64,000 nt of DNA from contig JAADII010000144.1 of assembly GCA_013151415.1 (NCBI GenBank), forward strand, positions 238 through 64,237. Reading direction: 5' to 3'. Positions 10,014-18,760 of the stretch are shown here, piece after piece. This DNA comes from Chloroflexota bacterium (GTDB lineage Bacteria > Chloroflexota > Anaerolineae > J102). A program made the position numbers and the translations under genes. A model generated the notes under the pieces. It was not told the origin of the DNA. It saw nothing but the letters and a program-made list of their open reading frames with translations, and did no database searches. How positions within the stretch are numbered: the stretch's first letter is position 1; each line of letters begins with the position of its first letter.

Positions 10014-10438
10014 GCCCCGGCTATATTTCGGCAAAGTTGCGAGCGCGAGTGCGGGCGCAGGCTCAGCACCGGTGCGGATATTGCTTGACCCCAGAGGTAT
10101 TGGTGGGGATGGAAATGGAGATCGATCACATTATTCCTCTGTCATTGGGTGGATCGGACGAAGAAAGTAATCTTTGGCTTGCTTGTCCTCAATGCAACAG
10201 GCATAAAGGCGACCAGGTTTCCGTTGTTGACCCGGTGACGCTTGAATTGGTTCATATATTCAATCCGCGCGAGCAAAAGTGGGACGAGCATTTTACATGG
10301 TCTCTGAGCGGTGAATATATCCTTGGTTTGACTCCGGTTGGTCGCGCTACTGTAAGCGCATTGCAACTCAATCGTGCGATACTGGTGGAGGCGCGCCGTT
10401 TTTGGGCTCAAGTAGGGCGTCATCCGGCAACTTTTTGA
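10010..10438 (+). CDS. HNH endonuclease
   Basis: CGYC...EIDHIIPLSLGGSDEESNLWLACPQCNRHKG; FNPR..W.EHF; GRATV..LQLN. Confidence 0.9.
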   Translation: MSPGYISAKLRARVRAQAQHRCGYCLTPEVLVGMEMEIDHIIPLSLGGSDEESNLWLACPQCNRHKGDQVSVVDPVTLELVHIFNPREQKWDEHFTWSLSGEYILGLTPVGRATVSALQLNRAILVEARRFWAQVGRHPATF

Positions 10439-10442
10439 GTCC

Positions 10443-11681
10443 TCATTGATGTAACGTCACCGTGACCCAGGCGCCCTGTTCGATGCCGAGGCTGTCGAGG
10501 GGCACGCGCACGACGCCGTCAGAGTGGACAAGCGTATAGATGAGATTGGACTTGCCGAACACGGGGGCGGCCCAAAGTTCGTGGTCGCGCGTCTCCAGGC
10601 GCACCTGGATGTGGTCTTCGCGGCCCGCGGCGCTGCTGATCTGACGGCTGAGGCGGGCCTGCACCTGCGGCTTGAACGCGGCGTGCGGGTCCGCGCCCAG
10701 GGCCAGACGGATGGCCGGGCTGACGAAAAGGTCGAAGAGCACCATCGCACTGACGGGATTGCCGGGCAGGCCGAAGATGGGTTTGCCGTCGGCCACGGCC
10801 ACAATGGTGGGCTTGCCGGGACGAATGGAGATGCCATGCGCGAGGATGCCCGGTTCGCCCATGCCGGCGATCACATCCACGCTCATGTCGCGATAGCTCA
10901 CCGACGAACCCGCGCTCAGGGTGACGATGTCGCATGTCTCTTTGGCGCGGCGCACGGCCTCTTCCAACGCCTCGCGGCGGTCGGGAATGATGCCGAATGG
11001 GACGGGATCGCCGCCCGCGCGCAGGGTCAGGGCCGAGAGCGTGTAGGAGTTGATGTCGCGAACCTGGCCGGGGCCGGCGGTTTGATCGGGTGGGATGACT
11101 TCGTCGCCGGTGGAGATAATGGCCACGCGCGGGGGTCGCGCGACCGCGATGTCGGTGAGCCCCAGCGCCAACAGGCCGCCGATGTCCTGCGGCCGCAGAC
11201 GATGACCCGCGGATAAAATCGGTTCGCCCTTGCGCACATCCTCGCCCACCTGGATCACATTCTCGCCCACCGCGACCGCGCCCAGCACTTCGATGCTGCG
11301 CTCGTCGGCCATCTGCGTGTTTTCGATCATCACCACCGCGTCCGCGCCCGGCGGGATCATGCCGCCGGTGTGCACGATGGCGGCCTGGCCCACGCGAATT
11401 TCGATCTCGGCCCGTTCGCCCATGGGCACTTCGCCCACGATGTCGAGAAACGCGGGCAGGCCGGGCGACGCGCCGTATGTGTCTTTCGCGCGCACCGCGT
11501 AGCCATCGACCGTGGAGCGGGGAAACTCGGGCAGGTCGTGCGGCGCGCGCGGCGCTTCGGCCAGGAAGCGATCCAGGGCCTGGGTGGTGGGAATGCGTTC
11601 GGGTTGCGGTTGCGGTTGGTAGTGCTCGACGAACTGTCGCCAGGCGTCGGCCGGGGTGAGGACGTTGAAGAATTCGGTCAT
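10443..11681 (-). CDS. moeA: Molybdopterin molybdotransferase MoeA (gephyrin-like)
   Basis: RSTVDGYAV, TGGMIPPGADAVVMIE, STGDE, RPGKPT, GLPGNPVSA; start taken at MTEFFNV. Confidence 0.92.
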   Translation of the reverse strand: MTEFFNVLTPADAWRQFVEHYQPQPQPERIPTTQALDRFLAEAPRAPHDLPEFPRSTVDGYAVRAKDTYGASPGLPAFLDIVGEVPMGERAEIEIRVGQAAIVHTGGMIPPGADAVVMIENTQMADERSIEVLGAVAVGENVIQVGEDVRKGEPILSAGHRLRPQDIGGLLALGLTDIAVARPPRVAIISTGDEVIPPDQTAGPGQVRDINSYTLSALTLRAGGDPVPFGIIPDRREALEEAVRRAKETCDIVTLSAGSSVSYRDMSVDVIAGMGEPGILAHGISIRPGKPTIVAVADGKPIFGLPGNPVSAMVLFDLFVSPAIRLALGADPHAAFKPQVQARLSRQISSAAGREDHIQVRLETRDHELWAAPVFGKSNLIYTLVHSDGVVRVPLDSLGIEQGAWVTVTLHQ

Positions 11682-11751
11682 GGGAGGTGATTGTTTAGGG
11701 GGTTGCGCGGAGCGTAGTTCGTCGCGCGTGTTGGATAAGTTGTTGCGAGAA

Positions 11752-12220
11752 GGACTTTTGCAAACAGGCGTCACGGGCGGTCGCCCGTTGATACTAATGA
11801 AAATCGCTTGCGCCGACCAACGTAGACCAAAGTAGACGATGGGACCATAGGACGAAGAGACCATGGCCGAACCTAACCCCATCGTCCTATCGTCTTATGT
11901 CTTATCGTCTATTTTCAAAGCAGGTGACGAAAACGTGATACGCAAGGATTTGGCTCGAAAACGTTTTCAAGCCGAAATAGGACGGTTTAGGGCGAAAAAT
12001 GGGCTTAAATCGGGGTGTTTTTTTGAGCTGATTTGGGATATTTTCCAGGGTTTGAAATCGTTTTCAGAGTAGGCTTCACGGGCGACCGCCCGCTGATACC
12101 GATGAAAGGGACGATGGGACCATGGGACGATGAGACCATGGCCAAGCCTCCCCCCATCGTCCTATCGTCCATCGTCTATCGTCTATTTTCAAAGCAATCC
12201 AACGGTGGGCTTGCCCGCGC
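11752..12220. repeat. Mosaic intergenic repeat cluster (tandem MITE-like units separated by REP-like hairpins)
   Basis: Near-duplicate units 11790-11924 and 12095-12199 (GACGATGGGACC...CCCATCGTCCTATCGTC...ATTTTCAAAGCA); hairpins CGGGCGGTCGCCCG, CGGGCGACCGCCCG, GGGCTTGCCC. Confidence 0.8.
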
Positions 12221-12315
12221 GGAGACGGATAAAAAGGGCCGAAGTCCGGGGACTGGCGACGGGAGCGGCTGAACCTGGTCTCCGGTCTTCCGTCTCGGGC
12301 ACCCTCTCTTCCTGC

Positions 12316-12753
12316 TCAGGAGGACTCCGCCGCGCGTAAATAGCGTTCGACGGCGTCGGCGAAGCGTTCGAAATCGTGCAGATGTCGCTTGAGGATGCCG
12401 TAGACCAGAGCGTCATCGATTCTGGCGTAATCGTGCACGACCAGATTACGAAATCCGGCCATTTTTTGCATTTTGCGGCTGAGATCCGGCGACAGCACGC
12501 CCTCCTCCTCGAGCACCTGAAAGCTCTCGCGATAGGTTTCTGCAAGCCGAAAACCGCGTTCACTGATGAGCCGCTGACCAATGTCGTGACAGATTTCAAT
12601 GGCGACTTGCAATGAGCGTTCAATGGCCCTCTTCAACCTAATGTTGTCGCGATATTCATCAAAACGGTTGATTCGATCGCGCTCGTTTTTGAGATATGCG
12701 ATCTCATCCATCAACATGCGCAAGCGTTCGTTGATAATGTCGTTTTCTTTCAC
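12316..12753 (-). CDS. hepT: HepT-like HEPN RNase toxin (DUF86)
   Basis: AIERSLQVAIE..DI, MAGFRNLVVHDY (RX4HXY); GGAGG SD before the GTG start. Confidence 0.9.
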   Translation of the reverse strand: MKENDIINERLRMLMDEIAYLKNERDRINRFDEYRDNIRLKRAIERSLQVAIEICHDIGQRLISERGFRLAETYRESFQVLEEEGVLSPDLSRKMQKMAGFRNLVVHDYARIDDALVYGILKRHLHDFERFADAVERYLRAAESS

Positions 12754-13219
12754 CGAATCGACCCTCCCGGATGTCTTTCCGAAGAACCTGAGTCACGCGA
12801 TCGTGAAGCATTTTCCAATCATAATAGTGTTTAACCGTGCGCACCTCGAAGTCGATCCGTTTCTTTTTATCGCCCTCGTATAGAAGATAGCCGTGACGCA
12901 AAACCTGAAATTGCAGCAGAATGGGCGCGCGATTGAGGATGATAAGATCGAGCGACTTGCCCTGTACGAAAGGCTCTATCGCCATTTCCAGTTCCATGCG
13001 CCGGTCGAATCGCGCCAGCGCGGCGTCCACATCATCGTCGGCCGCGGGAGCCTGATCCAGCAGCAAGGCGATGTCCATATCCGAACCAGGCCGCGGCCGA
13101 CCGGCCGCGTGCGAACCGAACAGATACGCGGCGATGACGTCGGGCTGGGTGCGAAGATGGTCGCGCAGACCCTCCACATCCAGGCCGGGGATGGTCGCGT
13201 CGGCGGGAAGAAAACGCAT
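12704..13219 (-). CDS. mntA: MntA-type minimal nucleotidyltransferase antitoxin
   Basis: AYLFGSHAAGRPRPGSDMDIA (GSX10DXD), DLIILNRAP; overlaps hepT; start uncertain (13219 or 13246). Confidence 0.88.
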   Translation of the reverse strand: MRFLPADATIPGLDVEGLRDHLRTQPDVIAAYLFGSHAAGRPRPGSDMDIALLLDQAPAADDDVDAALARFDRRMELEMAIEPFVQGKSLDLIILNRAPILLQFQVLRHGYLLYEGDKKKRIDFEVRTVKHYYDWKMLHDRVTQVLRKDIREGRFGERKRHYQRTLAHVDG

Positions 13220-13357
13220 GGGCGAGGAGAAGGGTGTAGGATGCAAGGAGCAATACAGAGCGATGGGAGAGATGGGGAGATGGGAATGAAATCGTCCATC
13301 GTCTCATCGTCCCGAATATTAGCACAAAAGAGCGGATCGGAGCAATGATGTGGCGCT

Positions 13358-14245
13358 TTAGCCGCTTCCCCGCTGCGCGAGCGCGACGCCGAGCAGGACG
13401 AGCAGCCCGCCCGCGGCCTGAACGGGCAACAAGGCTTCATCCAGCAGAAGCCAGGCGAACAACGCGGCGATGACCGGTTGCATGAGCAACATGACCGAGG
13501 TGAGGGAGGCCGGCAATTGGGCCAGCGAAAACGCGATCAAGCCCTGGCCGGTCGCGTGCACCAGCCAGGCCAGAGCGAAGAGGATCAGCCAGCCCAACCA
13601 GCCGCTCGGCCAAAATGGCTCGCCCGTGATGCGGGTGACGATGAACAACGCGGCCGCGGCCACCAACGCGCTGATCAGCATGATGAAACCGGTGTGATAA
13701 TGCCCGCGCAATTGCTTGATGCTGAGAATGTAGCCCGCATAGAAGACCGCGGTGAGCAGCCCCAACCCGTCGCCCAGCAACGATCCCCCCTCGCGCCCGG
13801 TCGTGGACCACACCATCAATCCCACCCCGGCCAGGGCCGCGGCCAGGCCGATCACGAACAAAACGCGGAAACGCTCGCCAAACAGTCGCCACGCCAACAG
13901 GCTGACCAATATGGGAGCCATGTTGGGGAAGAAGGTGGCGTTGGCGATGGTGGTCAGCCGAATGGACCAATGCCAAACTGTGAGATCGCCGGCAAAGAAG
14001 AGGCCGGGAAGCAGCAACCACAGCCAGGCTCGCTTATCCTTGCGCTCGGGCGCGTTTATCGGCCCGGACGCGCGCATCCACAGCCAAAGCGCGGGCGCGG
14101 CCAGCAACATGCGCCAGAAGGCCACGGCAATAGGGCCTACATCGCTGACGCGCACCAAAATAGGAGCAAAGGCAATGGCGCTCACCCCGGCCAGAACCGC
14201 GATGAGCGCCACATGCCGCGCATTGGATTTTCGAACAATGTTCAT
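13358..14245 (-). CDS. DMT/EamA family transporter
   Basis: About 10 TM in two EamA repeats; AFWRMLLA, GDGLGLLTAVFYAGY, QPVIAALFAW. Confidence 0.9.
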   Translation of the reverse strand: MNIVRKSNARHVALIAVLAGVSAIAFAPILVRVSDVGPIAVAFWRMLLAAPALWLWMRASGPINAPERKDKRAWLWLLLPGLFFAGDLTVWHWSIRLTTIANATFFPNMAPILVSLLAWRLFGERFRVLFVIGLAAALAGVGLMVWSTTGREGGSLLGDGLGLLTAVFYAGYILSIKQLRGHYHTGFIMLISALVAAAALFIVTRITGEPFWPSGWLGWLILFALAWLVHATGQGLIAFSLAQLPASLTSVMLLMQPVIAALFAWLLLDEALLPVQAAGGLLVLLGVALAQRGSG

Positions 14246-14403
14246 AAGTGAATTGTACCTGGTTTTCCACCAGTCGCCAATCTGTCAAGACGGATTTTCT
14301 CGCGGGTCGAGGTGCGATTTGAAGGTTTTCAGGGGCATTGGGGATTGCTTCGGCCTACGGTCTTGCAATGACCCTTATGAACGCGCCCGTTCATTATTCA
14401 GAC

Positions 14404-14432
14404 TTGCAACTCCTGGTTGAATGCACTAAGCT
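14404..14432 (+). promoter_or_regulatory. Candidate sigma70 promoter for the P-type ATPase homolog
   Basis: TTGCAA-17nt-TAAGCT about 50 nt upstream of the ATG. Confidence 0.35.
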
Positions 14433-14480
14433 TGACATGATCAATCGGCGCGAGCCCGCATGCCCCATCGATGATGAACC

Positions 14481-17400
14481 ATGCTCAATCCTCTATCTCG
14501 CTTTATGGATCGTGAAAGATTGAAGATTTTGTGGCGGCTGTTGACCCTCATTGGGTTGGCGGGGCTGGTCGCTTTGATCGCAGCCTGGATATGGCGTTGG
14601 CGGCGACGTTGGGCGGTGGGCGTGAAGGAATCGCCCGCGGCGCCGATTTCGTTGGTTGAGCGCGTCGAAGGTTTGAGCGAGGCCGAAGCCGCTGCGCGAC
14701 GACAACCCGATGTTGACAACGCGCTTTTATTCAAGCCGCCTCGCTCTCGCAAGCAGATCATTCGCGAGAATGCGTTCACGATTTTCAACCTTGGTTTGGT
14801 GGGCATTATCTTTGTGCAATTGTTGTTGGGCAAGCCGTTGGACGCCTTGATGAGCGTGGGCGTGCTCATCTTTACCGTTGCAGTGAATGTGGGGCAGGAA
14901 GAGTTTGCCCGGTTGCGATTGCGCAGGCTGTTGCAAGAGTCGCGACCCAAAGCCACCGTGATTCGCGAACGCAAGGTGCGTAGCATCGATGCGGCCGAGA
15001 TCGTGGTGGGCGACATGGTGGCCGTGGGACCGGGCGATTTGATCTTGGTGGATGGTCGCGTGGTGGGCGAAGGCCAGCTTTTTGTGGATGAATCGGCTCT
15101 TTTTGGCGGAAGCGGAAGAGTGGCGAAGGCCGCTGGCGATGAGGTGTACGCTGGCGGCATTTGCCTACATGGTCGCGCCGTCATCCAAACCGAGCGCGTC
15201 GGCTCTCAGCGTCGTGCGATGGCGCGATTGCAAGAGCTGGAAAAGGCCCCGCAAGAACTGACGCCCATCGAGCGCACGGTGCAAACTGTGCTGCGCGGGT
15301 TGCTGGTGGTGGTGGTCCTGCTCGTCGCATTCTTGCTGATCTCCTATTTTCGCTTCGATCTTCCGATCGAGAACGATAAAATCATCGACGCGATCGGCGT
15401 CATTTTCAGCATTGCGCCAGCCGGTCTCTTTTTCATGATCGTGCTAACATACGCGGGTTCGACCGTCGATTTGGCGCAACTGGGCGTGTTGGTGCACCGC
15501 GCGCGATCGGTGGAGTCGTTGGCCCAACTCGATGTGATTTGTTTTGGCAAGGAGGGCTTTCTTACGGGCGCTCAGGTCGAGCTCAAATCGCCTCCTGGTC
15601 GCGCCCAGCCTTCACCGCTAAGCGAGGCGAAAATCCGCCAGATCGTGGGCGATTTCGCGCGCAGCATTTCTTTGGATAACACACTAACCCAGGCCCTGCA
15701 GGCTTCGTTCGAGGGTGAAAAGCGCGATATCGTGGAGGAATCGCCTTTTCTCGCGGTTCATGGTTGGAGCGCCGTCGTGTTCGATAATGACGATTTACGC
15801 GGAACATACGTGCTCGGTGAGCAAACTGTTTTGCAGCCTTATTTGCTCGAAGAGATGACAGAGGACCGCGAGCCAGAGGAGCGCCAGAGGCCGGCCATTT
15901 TCAAACGAGCCGCGTCCTGGAGCGGCGGTTTGACGCGTTTGCTCCGGCGCAAAGATAAAACAGCCCAGCCGAGCGCTGGCGTTGCGGGCAAGGGTGAGAG
16001 ATCGCAAAAGGGCGATCCGTTGGCCGCGGATTTGCGTCGCGAAGAAAAAACGTCGCTTTTGGCGAGCGGAGGGCGGCGCTCGGAAAATGAGCTCGCGGCC
16101 GGTGAAGCGGGCGCAAAAGAGGCAGAACCCGAAGATGTTGGGACGCGCGGCCGGCTGCTCGCGCGCATTCGTCGCGAGGCGTTGCGAATATTGCCTCGCG
16201 GCAGGACCGATCAACGCAATGCGTTGGAGGCTGAGGAGATGGCGGTGATGGATGAGCGGCGATTGCTCTTCGCCTACCTTCCTCTTGTAGAACGCTTGCA
16301 AGTCGGCGAAGAGTTGCATTTGCCTCAAGGCCTTATCCCTTTGGCCATGCTCGAATATCAAGAGAAAATCCGTCCCGAGGCCGTGGAGGCTGTGCGCATA
16401 TTTGCCGAGCGCGGCGTGGAGATCAAGGCTTTCATCAGCGATTCCACTGAAAGATCGCAAACCATTCTCCGCCGCGTGTTGAGACCCCTCTCTCTGGCGG
16501 CTGAAGAGAGCGATGTGATTTCTGCATCGGCTTTATCTTCCCTTGCGGATAATGCATTTCAAGAGGCGGTGCAAAGCAATGTCATTTTTGCTGGCGTCAC
16601 GCCGACTTTGGCCGCTCGCGTGGTGCAAAGTTTGCGAGAGAGAGGCATGAAAGTGGGAGTGATTGGTGATGGCGTGAGCGACATCCCGGCCATGATGCAA
16701 GCGGATCTGGCTATCACCACCAAGGACGGAAGCACGGCCGCGTTAAGCATGGCCGATATTGTGCTTCTCGACCGCTCTCCTCTGGTGGCTTCTAAAATGA
16801 TCGATAAGGGGCAGCGCATTGTCAATGGCCTTTTGAATGTGCTCAAGCTCTATCTCACCCAGATTCTCTACCTGTTGCTTCTTGTGTTGATTTTGCTGTT
16901 TACGGTGCGAGGATTTCCATACACGGGCGCTCAGGGGGGCGTGATCGCCGCGTTCACCATTTCTGTTCCTGGCGTGGCCATCTCGTTGTTGGCGCGACCG
17001 GGGCGTCCTCCCATGCTGCGCTTGGGGCGACTGTTGGCCGCATTTGTGTTGCCGGCGGGGCTCACCATCGCCATGGCGGGCGCCGCGGTTTACATTATCT
17101 TTGTCCAACGCAACGACCACGCGTACGCGCAGGTGGCGTTGACTCACGCCCTCATGGTTATGGGCGCCTTGTTGGTGACGTTTATTCATCCGCCGTGGCG
17201 ATGGCCGCTGTGGCGTCGCCCTCGCGCGGTCGATTTTGCGCCTGCGCTGATAGCGTTTCTTTCTTTGGGGCTTTTCGTCTTGATCACATACATTCCGTTG
17301 GCCCAAAAATTGCTCAAAATCCATCCGCTGGCATTTCCCCTGGAATACCTTTTCATTGTCGCGGTCGCGATGGTTTGGGCGCTCCTCTTTGTTTTTCTAT

Positions 17401-17489
17401 GGCTCTTGATTTGGCTGTTGTCGATGGCGGTGACTCATGGCAGAAGAGCCGTCCCCCGCTCTCTCGCTCCTTCGTCCTTTTTCCGCTGA
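14481..17489 (+). CDS. P-type ATPase homolog (CtpE-like) with degenerate catalytic motifs
   Basis: P-type architecture (IVVGD..GD...VDG, VDESAL, ESLAQLDVICF, EKIRPEA, GDGVSD.PAM..AD) but DKTGT reads GKEGF, TGES reads FGGS and PEGL reads PAGL. Confidence 0.85.
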   Translation: MLNPLSRFMDRERLKILWRLLTLIGLAGLVALIAAWIWRWRRRWAVGVKESPAAPISLVERVEGLSEAEAAARRQPDVDNALLFKPPRSRKQIIRENAFTIFNLGLVGIIFVQLLLGKPLDALMSVGVLIFTVAVNVGQEEFARLRLRRLLQESRPKATVIRERKVRSIDAAEIVVGDMVAVGPGDLILVDGRVVGEGQLFVDESALFGGSGRVAKAAGDEVYAGGICLHGRAVIQTERVGSQRRAMARLQELEKAPQELTPIERTVQTVLRGLLVVVVLLVAFLLISYFRFDLPIENDKIIDAIGVIFSIAPAGLFFMIVLTYAGSTVDLAQLGVLVHRARSVESLAQLDVICFGKEGFLTGAQVELKSPPGRAQPSPLSEAKIRQIVGDFARSISLDNTLTQALQASFEGEKRDIVEESPFLAVHGWSAVVFDNDDLRGTYVLGEQTVLQPYLLEEMTEDREPEERQRPAIFKRAASWSGGLTRLLRRKDKTAQPSAGVAGKGERSQKGDPLAADLRREEKTSLLASGGRRSENELAAGEAGAKEAEPEDVGTRGRLLARIRREALRILPRGRTDQRNALEAEEMAVMDERRLLFAYLPLVERLQVGEELHLPQGLIPLAMLEYQEKIRPEAVEAVRIFAERGVEIKAFISDSTERSQTILRRVLRPLSLAAEESDVISASALSSLADNAFQEAVQSNVIFAGVTPTLAARVVQSLRERGMKVGVIGDGVSDIPAMMQADLAITTKDGSTAALSMADIVLLDRSPLVASKMIDKGQRIVNGLLNVLKLYLTQILYLLLLVLILLFTVRGFPYTGAQGGVIAAFTISVPGVAISLLARPGRPPMLRLGRLLAAFVLPAGLTIAMAGAAVYIIFVQRNDHAYAQVALTHALMVMGALLVTFIHPPWRWPLWRRPRAVDFAPALIAFLSLGLFVLITYIPLAQKLLKIHPLAFPLEYLFIVAVAMVWALLFVFLWLLIWLLSMAVTHGRRAVPRSLAPSSFFR

Positions 17490-17629
17490 CAAGGCTTAGC
17501 TCCATCGCGGCGTTTGTCGCCATTTGTCCGCCGAGATCATCTTTCCCGGTCTCTGAGTTTTCTCAAATCCTCTCGCATCCGCGTATTCTCGTCTCTCTCG
17601 TTGGCTATTATCGTCCTGCTCCACCCGTC

Positions 17630-18745
17630 ATGTCTCTTCCCACCACCTATGTTCGCATCGATTTGAACGCAATTGGCCAGAATGTGCAAGCGTTGAAACG
17701 TTGCGTAGGGCCGCGAGTGGTCTTGATGGCGGTGGTCAAGGCCAATGCATATGGGCACGGCATTGTCGAAACCGCGCGAGCGGCGTTGGCCAATGGCGCC
17801 GAGCGGTTGGCCGTGGCCCGGGTTTCCGAAGGCGTTCAGTTGCGGCGGGCCGGCGTGCGCGCGCCTATCCTGGTGTTGGGCTATCACACCTCAGCCGAAG
17901 CCGAGGCCGTAGTCCAATATGACCTGATCGCGACCGTCAATTCTCTGGAAATGGCTCATTCTCTGGCCGAACAGGCTCGCCGTCGCGATAAACGCGTCAT
18001 GGTGCACATTAAAGTGGACACTGGCATGGGGCGTTTTGGCCTGCTACCCCGCGAAGCGCTTCCCTTCTGGCGAGCGATGGCCGCCATGCCCCGTTTTGAT
18101 GTGGAGGGGTTGTGGACGCATTTCGCTACGGCCGATGAACGCGATAAGGGGTATGCGCGACGCCAGCTGCGCATTTTTCTCGATGTGGCGCGGGCTATCG
18201 AGCAGGCTGGATTCACCATCGCCATACGACACGCGGCGAACAGTGCGGCTCTTCTGGATTTGCCCGAAAGTCATCTCGACATGGTGCGACCGGGCATCGC
18301 GATTTATGGCCTTCGTCCGTCGAACGAAGTGGAGCCGAGCGTTCCTCTGCGCCCCGCGCTTTCGCTTATCAGCCATGTGGGTCGGGTGCGCATGCTGCCG
18401 GCCGGGTCTAGCGTGAGCTATGGCCGCACATTTATCACCGAGCGCGCCATGCGCGTGGCTTTGGTTCCGGTGGGTTATGGCGATGGTTATCCTCGCATAC
18501 TCTCCAATCGCGGAGAAGCGCTGGTCCGCGGGAGACGCGCTCGCATTTTGGGCCGCGTGTGCATGGACAACCTGGTCTTGGACGTGGATCATATTCCTGA
18601 TGTGCGCGAAGGCGATGAAGTCGTGCTCATTGGGCGTCAGGGTGGAGCCAAGATCACGGCAGAGGAAGTGGCCGGATGGGCCGAAACCATTAACTATGAG
18701 GTGACCACCGCTTTGTTGCCCCGTTCGCCACGCATTTATGTTTAA
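17630..18745 (+). CDS. alr: Alanine racemase
   Basis: AVVKANAYGHG (PLP lysine), HIKVDTGMGRFG, VSYG, GYGDG, GRVCMD. Confidence 0.95.
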   Translation: MSLPTTYVRIDLNAIGQNVQALKRCVGPRVVLMAVVKANAYGHGIVETARAALANGAERLAVARVSEGVQLRRAGVRAPILVLGYHTSAEAEAVVQYDLIATVNSLEMAHSLAEQARRRDKRVMVHIKVDTGMGRFGLLPREALPFWRAMAAMPRFDVEGLWTHFATADERDKGYARRQLRIFLDVARAIEQAGFTIAIRHAANSAALLDLPESHLDMVRPGIAIYGLRPSNEVEPSVPLRPALSLISHVGRVRMLPAGSSVSYGRTFITERAMRVALVPVGYGDGYPRILSNRGEALVRGRRARILGRVCMDNLVLDVDHIPDVREGDEVVLIGRQGGAKITAEEVAGWAETINYEVTTALLPRSPRIYV

Positions 18746-18760
18746 CACCCACACACCATC

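Noticed and set aside
6679-11837. Composite transposon carrying the moeA genes
   Set aside because: No transposase or target-site duplication was seen; the flanking inverted copies are better explained as dispersed repeats (kept as a repeat finding).
11682-11882. N-terminal extension of moeA in the ORF track (VYFGLRWSAQAIF, also seen in ORFs near 6779)
   Set aside because: This is the translation of a non-coding repeat element; the real start is MTEFFNV at 11681.
11752-12220. Possible CRISPR array
   Set aside because: Only two or three degenerate long units, no constant 25-40 nt repeat with unique spacers, and no cas genes.
17195-17629. Long N-terminal extension of alr in the ORF track
   Set aside because: Overlaps the ATPase gene; alanine racemase homology starts at MSLPTTYVRIDL (17630).
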